DNA of 64,000 bases, taken from positions 5,440,001-5,504,000 of the forward strand of contig OZ245842.1 in the NCBI GenBank assembly GCA_965228895.1, written 5' to 3'. The stretch is from Alphaproteobacteria bacterium. GTDB lineage: Bacteria > Pseudomonadota > Alphaproteobacteria > SP197. Position 1 is the stretch's first letter. Each line of letters begins with the position of its first letter. Below the pieces are notes generated by a model. It was given only the letters and a program-made list of their open reading frames with translations. It did not search any database and was not told the DNA's origin. A program made the position numbers and the translations under genes. Below are positions 30,511-40,826 of this stretch, in pieces.

Positions 30511-30948
30511 ATGTCTCACAAGTATTCAGGTGGTTGTGATCACGTCCACACCCACGCGGACAGCGATCCCATCGATAATCACACGTGCCACTGTTCCGTC
30601 TGCAAAGGCGTGACCGGTCAGGACACGACCCATGTGGTGTTCTTTAAGCACGGCGACGTTGCCGTCGACAACCTTGATGGCCTGAACCGTCAGCCGTTCA
30701 ACGCCAACAACCCGGACGGCCCGCTGGAGCTGTGCACCTGCGCTGACTGCGGCGCGCCGATCATGCTCGACGACAAGCAAAGCCGTATTCGCGTCATCGT
30801 GCCCAATCTGATGGGATATGACACCGACAGCATGCCGGCGACCTATCATGCGTTTTATGATCCGGCGACTGGCGCGCCGAAACCAGACGACGGCCGTCCG
30901 GTCTATGAAGGTCTTCGCCCTGACTTTGTCTGGCCAGAACCGTCCTGA
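30511..30948 (+). CDS. GFA/Mss4-like zinc-binding protein
   Basis: GGC, CHCSVC, C..CG spacing. GGGGAG RBS. Confidence 0.7.
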   Translation: MSHKYSGGCDHVHTHADSDPIDNHTCHCSVCKGVTGQDTTHVVFFKHGDVAVDNLDGLNRQPFNANNPDGPLELCTCADCGAPIMLDDKQSRIRVIVPNLMGYDTDSMPATYHAFYDPATGAPKPDDGRPVYEGLRPDFVWPEPS

Positions 30949-30976
30949 TACGTCCTGTTTCTAGGACCTGAACCTG

Positions 30977-31024
30977 CGAAGCGTCCCGCACCGGTCAATC
31001 CATGTGGGGCGCTTCGTTGCTTTT
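30977..31024 (+). terminator. Probable rho-independent terminator
   Basis: CGAAGCGTCCCGCA...TGTGGGGCGCTTCG stem (with G-U pairs) followed by TTGCTTTT. Confidence 0.55.
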
Positions 31025-31086
31025 GAGGCATCACACAGGTTGGAGAGCAGACTGACCTCGTCGGTAGTCCAGAACGGGGGTCCGAT

Positions 31087-32295
31087 GTGGTGGCGAGACA
31101 TGGTTTGATGTCCCGCAGCACCACGGTGCTGGCGGCGGCTTTCCTGGTGCTATTCGTCAGTGGCGGCTCGCGCTTCGCCATCGGACTCACGTTGAAGCCG
31201 ATGGCTGAGGATCTGGGTTGGAGCCGCAGCACGCTCGGCCTGACCGTCGCGGTGTTTTTCGTCGTCTCCGCCACATGTATGTTCCTGGCCGGGCGGCTCG
31301 CGGACCGCTACAGCCTGCGTTTCATCTTGGGTGGTGGGCTTGCGATCTGCGCCGTTGGCATCGGTCTGACGAGCCTTGTCACCGCGCCATGGCAGGCCTT
31401 CCTGCTATACGGCGTCATCTTCGCAATCGGTAGCGGCGCGGCGTCGCTGACGCCGATCGGGGTGATGGTCAGCCGCTGGTTCCCGGGGCGAACCGGTCTT
31501 GCCAATGCGGTGGCCATCTCCGGTATCAGTGTCGGTCAGCTGTTGATGATCGCGGTGCTCGCCGCGGTGCTCGCGCAGATTGGCTGGCGCTCGGTCTATG
31601 GCTTGCTCGGCATGGCCAACCTTCTTCTGGTGCCGGTCGTTGTCGCGGCGATCGCGACCGGCCGTGTGATCGCGGCCGATGCCGCGACATTCAGGCACGA
31701 CACCGGGTTGGCGATGCGGGGTGCGCTTCGTTCGCGTCATTTCTGGCTGCTGGCGGTTGTCTACGCGATCTGTGGTTTCCAGGACTTCTTTGTTGCCACG
31801 CATGTGGTCGCCTTCGCGACGGATCGCGGCGTCGAAACCTTGTTCGCCGGCAACCTGCTCGCGCTCATGGGATTGACCGGCTTGGTCGGCGTGCTCGCGG
31901 CAGGAGCATGGAGTGATCGGTCCGGCCCCGTCTCGGCCACGCTTGCCTGCTTCGCGCTGCGGATCGTGATCTTCTGCGTGATCTTGCTCGACCAAAGCAC
32001 GCCCGCCGTTGCCGCGTTCGCGTTGCTCTATGGCTCCACGTTCTTGGTGACTGCCCCGCTGACGGTAATCTTCGTGCGCGATGCATTCGGCATGAAACAC
32101 CTGGGCGCGCTCAGCGGGCTCATAACGATGATCCATCACATCTGTGGCGGGCTAGGCGCTTTCGCGGGTGCGGCACTGTTCGACACCGAGGGAAACTATG
32201 ATTCGGCGTTCGTGCTGATGCTGATCCTCTCTGTCGCGGCGATGGCGGTAACCTGGTGTTTGCGCGTTGCCAGACCGCCCACGCAATCGGACTAA
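31087..32295 (+). CDS. MFS transporter (OFA-like)
   Basis: GRLADRYS, WFPGRTGLA, about 12 TM segments. Start may be ATG 31108. Confidence 0.9.
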   Translation: MVARHGLMSRSTTVLAAAFLVLFVSGGSRFAIGLTLKPMAEDLGWSRSTLGLTVAVFFVVSATCMFLAGRLADRYSLRFILGGGLAICAVGIGLTSLVTAPWQAFLLYGVIFAIGSGAASLTPIGVMVSRWFPGRTGLANAVAISGISVGQLLMIAVLAAVLAQIGWRSVYGLLGMANLLLVPVVVAAIATGRVIAADAATFRHDTGLAMRGALRSRHFWLLAVVYAICGFQDFFVATHVVAFATDRGVETLFAGNLLALMGLTGLVGVLAAGAWSDRSGPVSATLACFALRIVIFCVILLDQSTPAVAAFALLYGSTFLVTAPLTVIFVRDAFGMKHLGALSGLITMIHHICGGLGAFAGAALFDTEGNYDSAFVLMLILSVAAMAVTWCLRVARPPTQSD

Positions 32296-32329
32296 GTCAC
32301 CTCGCAGACGTGGCGCGCCACGCTCAGCT

Positions 32330-33508
32330 CTAGAGCGCCGCGATCGCGTCCACCAGCCGGTCGATTTCGTCCTCGCTGTTGTAGTAGTGCGGCGCGGCGC
32401 GCACCAAAGGCGGTAGCTGGCGCGTCTCAAAATCGAGGAGCGTCGATGATGGCTTCGACGTCCCAACGGCCATGTTCTCGGCCGCAAGGCGCTGCTGCAC
32501 CTCTTTTGGGCTGAGCCGGTCATGGCTAAAGGTGACGATGGCGCAGCGCGTCTTCCCGACATCGTGAATGTGGACATCGGGCAAGGCTTCAAGCCGCTCG
32601 CGCAGCGGTCCGGCCAAGTCCTGGATACGTTGCCAGATGGCGTCGAGACCGATGGCGCAGGCATAGTCGACGGCGACTCCCAGCCCGATCTTGCCGGCGA
32701 CATAGTTCTCCCAGTTCTCATAGCGGCGGGCGTCGCCACGGACGGTGTAGTCGTCCGGCGCCGTCCATTCGGCGCTAAGCATGTCGAGCACCGGCGGCTC
32801 GCAGCGCGTCAGCATGGTGTTGCGGGCATAGAGGAAGCCCGTGCCTCTGGGCCCGCGCAGAAACTTGCGGCCGGTCGCCGACAGGAAGTCGCAGCCGATT
32901 GCATCGACATCCAACGGCATTTGTCCGACCGACTGGCAGGCGTCGAGCAGATAGGGAATGTCGTGACGGCGCGCGACCTTGCCGATGGCGGCCGCCGGGT
33001 TGACCAGACCGCCGGAGGTCGGGACATGGGTCACGGCGATCAGCTTAACCCGGTCGTCGATCATTGCTTCCAGCGCCTCCACATCGGCCTCGCCATCCGC
33101 CGTGTTCGGGATGACGTCGATGACGATGCCGCGCCGCTTGGCGGTCTGCAGGAAGGCGATGTAGTTGGAGGCGTACTCGGCGACCACGGTCAGCACGCGG
33201 TCGCCCGGTTTCATGTCCTGGGCCAAGCCATAGAAGGCCTGGCACCAGGCGACGGTCGCATTCTCGACAACCGCGATCTCGTCGGTACCGCAGTTCAGCA
33301 TGCCGGCGATGGCGTCATAGGTGTTCTGAAGCGGGCCGGAGGCTTTTCCTTTGGCCTCATATCCGCCGATCCGCGCCTCCAGATCCAGATGCGCCTTCAC
33401 CGCGTCGAGCACGGGGTTCGGCATCAGGCTGGCACCTGAATTGTAGAAGTAAGCGAGGTCGGCGGTTGCGGGCGTATCGCCGCGAAGACGTTTCAGGTCC
33501 AAAGCCAT
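32330..33508 (-). CDS. Class V PLP-dependent aminotransferase (cysteine desulfurase/EgtE-like)
   Basis: DACQSVG, ATGRKFLRGPRGTG, R..PHYYN. Start at MALDLKRL. Confidence 0.9.
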   Translation of the reverse strand: MALDLKRLRGDTPATADLAYFYNSGASLMPNPVLDAVKAHLDLEARIGGYEAKGKASGPLQNTYDAIAGMLNCGTDEIAVVENATVAWCQAFYGLAQDMKPGDRVLTVVAEYASNYIAFLQTAKRRGIVIDVIPNTADGEADVEALEAMIDDRVKLIAVTHVPTSGGLVNPAAAIGKVARRHDIPYLLDACQSVGQMPLDVDAIGCDFLSATGRKFLRGPRGTGFLYARNTMLTRCEPPVLDMLSAEWTAPDDYTVRGDARRYENWENYVAGKIGLGVAVDYACAIGLDAIWQRIQDLAGPLRERLEALPDVHIHDVGKTRCAIVTFSHDRLSPKEVQQRLAAENMAVGTSKPSSTLLDFETRQLPPLVRAAPHYYNSEDEIDRLVDAIAAL

Positions 33509-33513
33509 GGTGA

Positions 33514-34539
33514 TCAATCCATCAAGAGAACAATTTTGCCGGTCATGCCGCCTGCCTCGAGACGCTGTTGGGCCGCGGCGGCCTCGGTCAGCGGGAAGGT
33601 CTCGGCGACGTGCAGTCTCAGTTTGCTGTCGACCATCAGGTCCATGGCCTGATTGACGATGCCGCCCTGTTGGGCGGCGTGGGCGGTGTCGCCGATCCAC
33701 ATCGCCATCAGCATCATCACGTTGTGGACCGTGATGTTCCGGTTGAAGGCGTCACCGTTTTCGTTGTCTTCCGCCATGCCGGTCAGGCCGACGACACGTC
33801 CAAACGGCGCCATCGCGTGGAACGTCGCGCGCATGACATCGGCGCCAACGTTATCGAGCGCAACATCGAAGCCGCGCCCGTCGGTCCAGGCAAGCGCAGC
33901 GGCGGCAACGTCGTCGCTGCGGTAGTTAATGGTGTAGTCGGCACCCAGGCCGGCAACGAACGCGGCCTTGTCGTCGTCGCTAACAGTCGCCGCCACCTTG
34001 GCGCCCCTGAGTTTGGCAAGCTGAATGGCGACATGGCCGGTGCCGCCCGCGCCGCCATGGATCAGGCAGGTTTCGTCGGCGGCCAACTGGGCGCGTTGAT
34101 AGAGCGCCTCCCAGCCGGTGATGGTGACGAGTGGCGCGGCGGCGGCCTCGATGAAGCTCACGCTTTCCGGTTTGCGCGCCAGGCTGTGCGCGGGGACCAC
34201 GGCGAACTCGGCGTAGGTGCCGGGATCACCGCCGATGCCGCCGTGGCAGAACGCTACGGCCTCGCCGGGCAGAAAACCGCGAACCCGCTCGCCGACCGCT
34301 TCGATAACGCCCGCGCCATCGCTTCCCAGCACCCTCGGCTGGTCGCTCTCCAGAAAGGTGCCAGCGTTGCGCAAGTGGACGTCGGCTGGGTTGAGGCCGG
34401 CGGCTTTCAAGCGGACCAGAACATCGTGGGGACCGCGCGGCCAGCCAAGCGGCACGTCCGCCACCTGCAAAACGTCCGCGCCGCCAGTGCCGGCCGCAAT
34501 CACAGCCTTCATCTTTGTCTCGGGCACGATGATCCCCAT
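33514..34539 (-). CDS. NADPH:quinone oxidoreductase (MDR family)
   Basis: LNPAD, GSDGAG, HGGAGGTG, GKIVL. Confidence 0.9.
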   Translation of the reverse strand: MGIIVPETKMKAVIAAGTGGADVLQVADVPLGWPRGPHDVLVRLKAAGLNPADVHLRNAGTFLESDQPRVLGSDGAGVIEAVGERVRGFLPGEAVAFCHGGIGGDPGTYAEFAVVPAHSLARKPESVSFIEAAAAPLVTITGWEALYQRAQLAADETCLIHGGAGGTGHVAIQLAKLRGAKVAATVSDDDKAAFVAGLGADYTINYRSDDVAAAALAWTDGRGFDVALDNVGADVMRATFHAMAPFGRVVGLTGMAEDNENGDAFNRNITVHNVMMLMAMWIGDTAHAAQQGGIVNQAMDLMVDSKLRLHVAETFPLTEAAAAQQRLEAGGMTGKIVLLMD

Positions 34540-34603
34540 ATGACCTGTTTCGATGTTTCGCGCGTATCATAGACACGCCATTTAATCCACGCGGGGACCG
34601 CCT

Positions 34604-36478
34604 TTGGCGAACACAACCGATCCAGCGACGGCGCCGCAAGCCGAGCAGGCGGCCAAGGCCGCGCAATCGACCAGCGGCTGGCGTACGCTGGGACGCCTGC
34701 TGCCGTACTTATGGCCGCGCAACCAGCCGGGCATGCGGCTGCGCGTGGTCACCGCCATGGTCTTCCTGGTCGCCGCCAAGGTGGCGATCATCTATGTCCC
34801 CATTTTTTATAAGGATGCTATCGATGTGCTGGCGCCGGCCGATACCGGGGTGCTGGTCGCGCTGCCGCTGGGGCTGATCCTCGCCTATGGCGCGGCGCGT
34901 GTCTTGTCGCTGGCCTTTGGCGAGCTGCGTGACGCGATCTTTGCCAAGGTCGGCCAGCGCGCCATCCGCAACGTCGCGCTCAACGTCTTCCGCCATCTGC
35001 ACAAGCTCTCACTGCGATTCCATTTGGAGCGCCAGACCGGCGGTCTGTCGCGCGCAATCGAACGCGGCACCAAGGCGATCGAGCTGCTGCTGCGCTTCAG
35101 CCTGTTCAACATCATCCCGACGCTGATCGAGATCACAATGGTGTCCGTGATCCTGTGGGTGATGCTGGATTTTGCCATCGCCGCCGTCACCTTCGTCACG
35201 GTGCTCGTCTACATCGGCTACACCATGGTGGTGACGGAATGGCGCATCAAGTTCCGCCGCCAGATGAACGAGCAGGACTCAAGCGCCAATACCAAGGCGA
35301 TCGACAGCCTGCTGAACTACGAGACCGTCAAGTATTTCGGCAACGAAGAACACGAGGCCCAGCGCTACGATAAGGCGCTCCAACGGTACGAAACCGCCGC
35401 GGTGCGCAACACGACCTCGCTGTCGGTGCTCAATATCGGCCAGGCCATCATCATCTCAATCGGCCTGACGCTGGTCATGATCATGTCCGGCCAGGGCATC
35501 GTCGACGGCAATCTGACGGTCGGTGATTTTGTCTTGGCCAACACCTACCTGATGCAGCTTTACCAGCCGCTCAACTTCTTCGGTTTTGTCTATCGCGAGA
35601 TCAAGCAGGCGCTGATCGACATCGAGACGATGTTTCAACTGCTGGCGATCGATACGGAAATCGCCGACAAACCGGAGGCGCCGGACCTGAAGCTCGCCGG
35701 TGGCGAGGTCCGCTTTGACGATGTCGACTTCGGCTATGATCCGCGCCGCCCCATCCTGAAGGGCGTCAGTTTCACGGTTCCGCCAGGCCATTCGGTCGCC
35801 ATCGTGGGGCCGTCCGGCGCCGGCAAGTCGACCATCAGCCGCCTGCTCTACCGGTTCTACGATGTCGGCGATGGCCGCATCACGATCGACGGCCAGGACA
35901 TCCGTGACGTCAGCCAGGCCTCGGTGCGGCGCGCGACCGGTATCGTGCCCCAGGACACCGTGCTGTTTAACGACACCATCTACTACAACATCGCCTATGG
36001 CCGACCCGATGCGTCGCCGGCCGAGGTCGAGAGCGCCGCGCGGTTGGCGCATATTCACAACTTCATCATGGCTCTGCCCGACGGCTACCAGTCCATGGTC
36101 GGCGAGCGCGGTCTGAAACTCTCAGGCGGCGAAAAGCAGCGCGTCGCCATCGCGCGCACGATCATCAAGGATCCCTGCATCCTGTTGTTCGACGAGGCGA
36201 CCAGCGCGCTCGACACCCAGACCGAACAGGAGATCCAGGCCAACCTGCGCGAACTGGCCCAGGGCCGCACGACACTGATTATCGCCCATCGCCTGTCGAC
36301 CGTCGTCGATGCCGACGAGATCATCGTGCTCGACCAGGGCCAGATCGTTGAGCGTGGCACCCACGCCGACCTGCTGGTCGCCGACGGACGTTATGCGGAG
36401 ATGTGGCGGCGCCAGCAGGAAGGCGCCGACAACGGCAACAACGGCAGGGCCGGGCAAACCGAGCCTGCGCCCGCCTGA
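34604..36478 (+). CDS. atm1: ATM1/ABCB7-type ABC exporter (fused permease and ATPase)
   Basis: FHLERQTG, DSLLNYETVKYF, PLNFFG.VYREI, GPSGAGKS, LSGGEKQR. Confidence 0.92.
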   Translation: MANTTDPATAPQAEQAAKAAQSTSGWRTLGRLLPYLWPRNQPGMRLRVVTAMVFLVAAKVAIIYVPIFYKDAIDVLAPADTGVLVALPLGLILAYGAARVLSLAFGELRDAIFAKVGQRAIRNVALNVFRHLHKLSLRFHLERQTGGLSRAIERGTKAIELLLRFSLFNIIPTLIEITMVSVILWVMLDFAIAAVTFVTVLVYIGYTMVVTEWRIKFRRQMNEQDSSANTKAIDSLLNYETVKYFGNEEHEAQRYDKALQRYETAAVRNTTSLSVLNIGQAIIISIGLTLVMIMSGQGIVDGNLTVGDFVLANTYLMQLYQPLNFFGFVYREIKQALIDIETMFQLLAIDTEIADKPEAPDLKLAGGEVRFDDVDFGYDPRRPILKGVSFTVPPGHSVAIVGPSGAGKSTISRLLYRFYDVGDGRITIDGQDIRDVSQASVRRATGIVPQDTVLFNDTIYYNIAYGRPDASPAEVESAARLAHIHNFIMALPDGYQSMVGERGLKLSGGEKQRVAIARTIIKDPCILLFDEATSALDTQTEQEIQANLRELAQGRTTLIIAHRLSTVVDADEIIVLDQGQIVERGTHADLLVADGRYAEMWRRQQEGADNGNNGRAGQTEPAPA

Positions 36479-36577
36479 GTCAACCCAGCCATGCGTGGTT
36501 AGCGCTTGTGCGATGGCGATAAACCGCGTCGGATAAGCTCCGCATAAGTTCATCCAAGCTGCCGGGGGCGCAGCAAC

Positions 36578-37768
36578 GTGCGGGGCATTCATCTTCCCGT
36601 CTGGTTCGGGGTCGCCGACTTACCCAAGGCGATACCCTTCGCGTGGCTCTACGCGACCCAGGGCATGGCCCGCACCGTCCTGATGACCATCATCCCGTTG
36701 CGTGCGTTGGAACTGCTCGGCACCGCCCAGGAAGTCAGCATGCTCTACCTGGCGGTCAGTGCGTGCGGTCTGGCCGTCAGCCTGACGATTCCGCTTATGG
36801 TCCACCTGATCCGCCGACGCCGCGTCGTCGTCCTGGGGACGCTTGCCATGATGGCCGCCGCCGCCTTGCTGCTGAGCGATAGCCTCTTCATCTATGCGCT
36901 CGGCATGTTCTTCTATGTCGCCGGCTCGATCGCCATCGACGTCAGCTTGAACCTCTATCTGATGGATACGATCCCGCGCCGCGACTTCGCACGGTTCGAG
37001 CCGGTGCGCATCTGGTTCATGGGCGTTGCCTTCATCATCGGACCCTATCTCGGCGTCTGGCTGTGGACCAATGTCGCTTACTGGCTGCCGTCACTCCTGA
37101 CCATCGTCTTCAGCATGATCCTGATGGGCGTGTTCCTTTACCTCAGACTGTCCGACAACCCGGCGATCCAGGCGGCCAAGACGCCGCCACCCAACCCGCT
37201 GCGCTTCTTCCCACGGTTCTTCCGCCAGCCGCGGCTGCGCCTGGCCTGGCTACTGGCGGTCGGGCGCTCGGCGTGGTGGGCGATGTTCTTCATCTACGCG
37301 CCCATCTATTGCGTCGAGTCGGGCCTGGGCGACGATGTCGCCGGCATGATGGCGTCCGCGGGGTCGGCCTCGGTGCTCTTGGTGCCGCTTTGGGCAAAGA
37401 TCGGTCGGCGCTACGGCATTCGCGCGCTGATGCTGGCGGGGTACGCGGCCAGCGCCGTCGTTAGCGTGGTGGTCGCGGTCTTCGCCGGTTCGCCGTGGCT
37501 CGGCGTTGGCTTGCTTCTGTTCGCCGCCGTCGCGACCTCACTGATCGATGGCGCCGGCAACATGCTCTTCCTGCGCGCCGTCCATCCCCACGAGCGGCCG
37601 GAAATGACATCGGTTTTCGCGACCTTCCGCGATACCTCCCAGATGGGCCCGCCGGCCGTCTTTTCGGTCCTGCTCAAGGTCTTTGCCTTGCCGGCGGTGT
37701 TTGTCGCGGGCGGTGTCGGCATGGCGGTCATGGCGCACTACGCGCGGTTCGTGCCCAAGCGCTATTGA
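36578..37768 (+). CDS. MFS transporter
   Basis: About 12 TM segments in a 6+6 arrangement, IGRRYG loop. Confidence 0.8.
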   Translation: MRGIHLPVWFGVADLPKAIPFAWLYATQGMARTVLMTIIPLRALELLGTAQEVSMLYLAVSACGLAVSLTIPLMVHLIRRRRVVVLGTLAMMAAAALLLSDSLFIYALGMFFYVAGSIAIDVSLNLYLMDTIPRRDFARFEPVRIWFMGVAFIIGPYLGVWLWTNVAYWLPSLLTIVFSMILMGVFLYLRLSDNPAIQAAKTPPPNPLRFFPRFFRQPRLRLAWLLAVGRSAWWAMFFIYAPIYCVESGLGDDVAGMMASAGSASVLLVPLWAKIGRRYGIRALMLAGYAASAVVSVVVAVFAGSPWLGVGLLLFAAVATSLIDGAGNMLFLRAVHPHERPEMTSVFATFRDTSQMGPPAVFSVLLKVFALPAVFVAGGVGMAVMAHYARFVPKRY

Positions 37769-37823
37769 CGATTGTGCCCTCGCGCACGTTCACTGGGATG
37801 TCTTGCGCTCGCAAGGATCCGAG

Positions 37824-37925
37824 CCGGCCCACTCCCCCGCCCGGCCACCCCGAGGATGCTGCCATGGGTGGCCTCGGCGAAAACGCCTTTCGGCGTTTTG
37901 CCCCGGAGGCGGGGGTGTGGGCTGG
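37824..37925. repeat. Palindromic element family 2, second copy, interrupted by a nested hairpin
   Basis: Left arm CCGGCCCACTCCCCCGCCCGGCCACCC differs from the 14449 arm at 2 of 27 positions. Right arm is split by GGCGAAAACGCC-TTTC-GGCGTTTTGCC. Confidence 0.8.
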
Positions 37926-37980
37926 TGATGCCGGAAGAGCGAATGACAATTTCGCCCGCCATTAGACCGAGTATCCCCGC

Positions 37981-40077
37981 ATGAACAATGTCCCCGCGCC
38001 GCGCCTGTCGATCGCCGAGATCATGAACCCCCGTTCGGTCGCGGTGATCGGTGGCTCGGAAGACCTGCGCAAGTTCGGCGCCCGGGTCCTGAACAACACC
38101 ATCCAGGGCGGTTTTCCGGGGCGCATCGTGCCGGTCAATCCCAAGCGCGACACCGTGTTCGGCCTTACCGCCGTGCCCAAGGTCTCGGCGCTCGACGAAC
38201 CGGTGGATGTCGCCGTGATTGCCGTGCCGCGCGGGCTGGTGCTGGACCAGCTCAAGGACTGCGCGGCGTCGGGGGTCGGTTGTTGCGTGTTGATTACCGC
38301 CGGCTTCACCGAAACCGGTGAGGAGGGCGCGCGGCTGCAGGACGAGATCAATGCCGTCGCGCGCGACGCAGGCATGCGGCTGATCGGTCCGAACTGCCTG
38401 GGTCTGATCAACACCCACGCCAAGCTCATCATGAACTCCTCGCCCTCCATGGAACTGACGGACCACGAACCCGGCGGCATCGGTTTCATCAGCCAGTCGG
38501 GCGCGCTGATGGCGACGGTCTACAATCGCGGCGTCTGCGACGGCGCGCGCTTCTCCAGCACCGTTTCCGTCGGCAATCAGGCCGATCTTGAGCTCGCCGA
38601 CTTCATGGAATGGATGGCGGACGATCCGGCGACCCGTGTCATCACGCTCTATGTCGAGGGCTTCAAGAACCCCGGCCGTTTCGTCGCCGCCGCCAAACGA
38701 TGCCGCGATGCCGGCAAGCCGGTCCTGATGGTGAAGGCCGGCCGGTCGGAAGAGGGCGCGCGTGTTGCCATGAGCCACACCGCAAGCCTTGCCGGTTCGT
38801 GGCGCGTGCTCCAGGCCGTTTGCCGCGATGCAGGCGTCATCGCCGTCGACGATACGGTCGCGATGATGCAGACGGCCGAAATGTTCTCGCGTCACGGCCA
38901 CCCCAAAGGCGACGGCATCCTCGTCATGTCCGGGTCCGGCGGTGCAGCGGCCATTACCAGCGACCTCTTCGCCGACCGTGGTTTGAGGCTCGCAGCATTC
39001 TCAACACAAACGCGCAAGGCGCTGGAGGAAATCTACGAGCCCGTCCAGCTCGGCAATCCTCTGGATATCGGCGCGACGCGGGCGAAGGACTTCGTCAGTG
39101 TCGACGACAGCGGGCTTTCGATCGCCGCTGCCGATCCGGATGTCAGCGCCAACCTGTTGGTCATCGCGACCGCGCCGCAGCTCACCAAATCGACGGAGAT
39201 CCTGGCGAAGAGCGGTAAGGTATCGGGCAAACCCACGGTTGTCGTCTTTGTACCCGGCAACGCCAGCGATGAGGGCCGCCAGATCGTCCGCGACATGGGC
39301 GTGCTGGGCTACGAGACCATCGACGAGGCACTGCGCGTGCTGCAGGGCTGGATGACGCCGAGTTCGGCGGGCCCCGAACCCGCGCGTCCCGACGGCCTTC
39401 CGACAGGCGATCCGTTCGCCGGGATCGCCGACGGCATGGTCGACGAACATCGGGTCAAGCAGGTCTTGGCGCGCTACGGCGTGCCGGTCACCCGCGAAAC
39501 GCCGGCGGCAAGCATTGAGGAGGCGATGACGGCTGCCGAGGGCATCGGTTACCCGGTCGCGCTCAAGGGCTTCGGCCCCGATCTCATTCATAAGTCCGAC
39601 GAGGGTGCGGTCGTGCTCAATCTGTCTGGCCACGCCGCCCTCGAAACAGCCTGGCAGGCCATGACTGCAAGTCTGGGCGTACGACTCGACGGCTGTCTTG
39701 TGAGCGAGATGGCCGACGGGATCGAGGAGGTCATCCTGGGTATCAAGCACGATGACCAGTTCGGTCCGATGGTGCTGGTCGGCCTGGGCGGCGTGCTGGC
39801 CGAAATCATCGACGACGTCGTCCTGCTGCCGGCGCCTGTCGCGCCGGAACACGTCAAGAGTCTGATGGGCGGCCTTCGCCTGTGGCCCGTCTTCGATGGC
39901 GCCCGCGGCCGCCCGAAGCTCGACGTCGATGCGATCGCCGATGCCGCCGCGCGCCTTTCCTGGCTCGCCGTCGACGCAGGCGAGCGACTCAGGGAACTCG
40001 ACATCAATCCCTTGCTGGTTCGCGCACATGGTCAGGGCGCCATCGCCGTCGATGCCAGGGCGCGGCTGGAGACGTAG
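37981..40077 (+). CDS. Acyl-CoA synthetase (NDP-forming), fused alpha/beta
   Basis: PRSVAVIG, IGPNCLG, SQSGA, SHTASLAG (catalytic His), HKSDEG, ELDINPL. Confidence 0.9.
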   Translation: MNNVPAPRLSIAEIMNPRSVAVIGGSEDLRKFGARVLNNTIQGGFPGRIVPVNPKRDTVFGLTAVPKVSALDEPVDVAVIAVPRGLVLDQLKDCAASGVGCCVLITAGFTETGEEGARLQDEINAVARDAGMRLIGPNCLGLINTHAKLIMNSSPSMELTDHEPGGIGFISQSGALMATVYNRGVCDGARFSSTVSVGNQADLELADFMEWMADDPATRVITLYVEGFKNPGRFVAAAKRCRDAGKPVLMVKAGRSEEGARVAMSHTASLAGSWRVLQAVCRDAGVIAVDDTVAMMQTAEMFSRHGHPKGDGILVMSGSGGAAAITSDLFADRGLRLAAFSTQTRKALEEIYEPVQLGNPLDIGATRAKDFVSVDDSGLSIAAADPDVSANLLVIATAPQLTKSTEILAKSGKVSGKPTVVVFVPGNASDEGRQIVRDMGVLGYETIDEALRVLQGWMTPSSAGPEPARPDGLPTGDPFAGIADGMVDEHRVKQVLARYGVPVTRETPAASIEEAMTAAEGIGYPVALKGFGPDLIHKSDEGAVVLNLSGHAALETAWQAMTASLGVRLDGCLVSEMADGIEEVILGIKHDDQFGPMVLVGLGGVLAEIIDDVVLLPAPVAPEHVKSLMGGLRLWPVFDGARGRPKLDVDAIADAAARLSWLAVDAGERLRELDINPLLVRAHGQGAIAVDARARLET

Positions 40078-40092
40078 GCGCCATACGGCTTG

Positions 40093-40686
40093 CTATGGGC
40101 TGGCGAAGCGCGCGATGAAGGTATCGACGGAGCTCTGGACGATCGATTCCATGTCCTGCGCACTCACGCGCCCGCCGGAAATCACGTAGGGCCAAAAGGC
40201 GCGTGCTTTGATCAGGCCGATGTATTGTGACGTCGCATCGCCGATGTCGTCGATAGCGATGGTACCGTCGTCGCGCGCCGCCGCCATGAAATCAGTGAAC
40301 ACCGACATTTTGTCGGACTCCTCCTGAGCCGCCTTCGCGATCTCGGGCGCACGCATGGTTTCGCCGATCGCCATGCGGGCAAGACTCATGAAGCGCTCGG
40401 ATTGCAGAAGCCGGCCTTCCGCCCGGCCGAGGTCGACCAGTTGCTCGCGCAGCGGCCGGCCGGGCACGTATGTGACGTCGACCGTCTCGCGTGCCTCTTC
40501 GAACATCAGGCTAACGATGGCGTTGAAGAGTGCTTCCTTGCTTTCAAAGTGGTTGTAGACCGTGCGTTTGGAGACGTTCGCCAGTTCGGCGATGCGGTCC
40601 ATGCTCGCGCCGACGAAGCCGCGCTGCTGGAACTCTTCCACGGCGGCCTCGAGGATTTGGGCACGTTTTTTTTCGATCGGCGGCAT
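40093..40686 (-). CDS. TetR/AcrR family regulator
   Basis: SMDRIA..ANVSKRTVYNHF.SKE.LF. Confidence 0.95.
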   Translation of the reverse strand: MPPIEKKRAQILEAAVEEFQQRGFVGASMDRIAELANVSKRTVYNHFESKEALFNAIVSLMFEEARETVDVTYVPGRPLREQLVDLGRAEGRLLQSERFMSLARMAIGETMRAPEIAKAAQEESDKMSVFTDFMAAARDDGTIAIDDIGDATSQYIGLIKARAFWPYVISGGRVSAQDMESIVQSSVDTFIARFASP

Positions 40687-40733
40687 CCGCCTTCTTCTCC
40701 TAAACGAACGAACAAATCAACAAACGGTGACAG

Positions 40734-40790
40734 TGTAAACTTGTGAGTTTACAAACGCCAATTCGACACTATACTACACTGTGTAGTTTA
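40734..40790. promoter_or_regulatory. Two AT-rich palindromes, probable TetR operators in the divergent promoter
   Basis: TGTAAACT-N4-AGTTTACA (40734-40753) and TATACTACAC-T-GTGTAGTTTA (40770-40790). Confidence 0.65.
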
Positions 40791-40826
40791 CCTAAGAGAA
40801 TCGTTCTTTCAGGGAGACCGACCACC

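Noticed and set aside
37981-40077. Pat-type protein lysine acetyltransferase
   Set aside because: There is no GNAT domain and the catalytic His (SHT) is retained.
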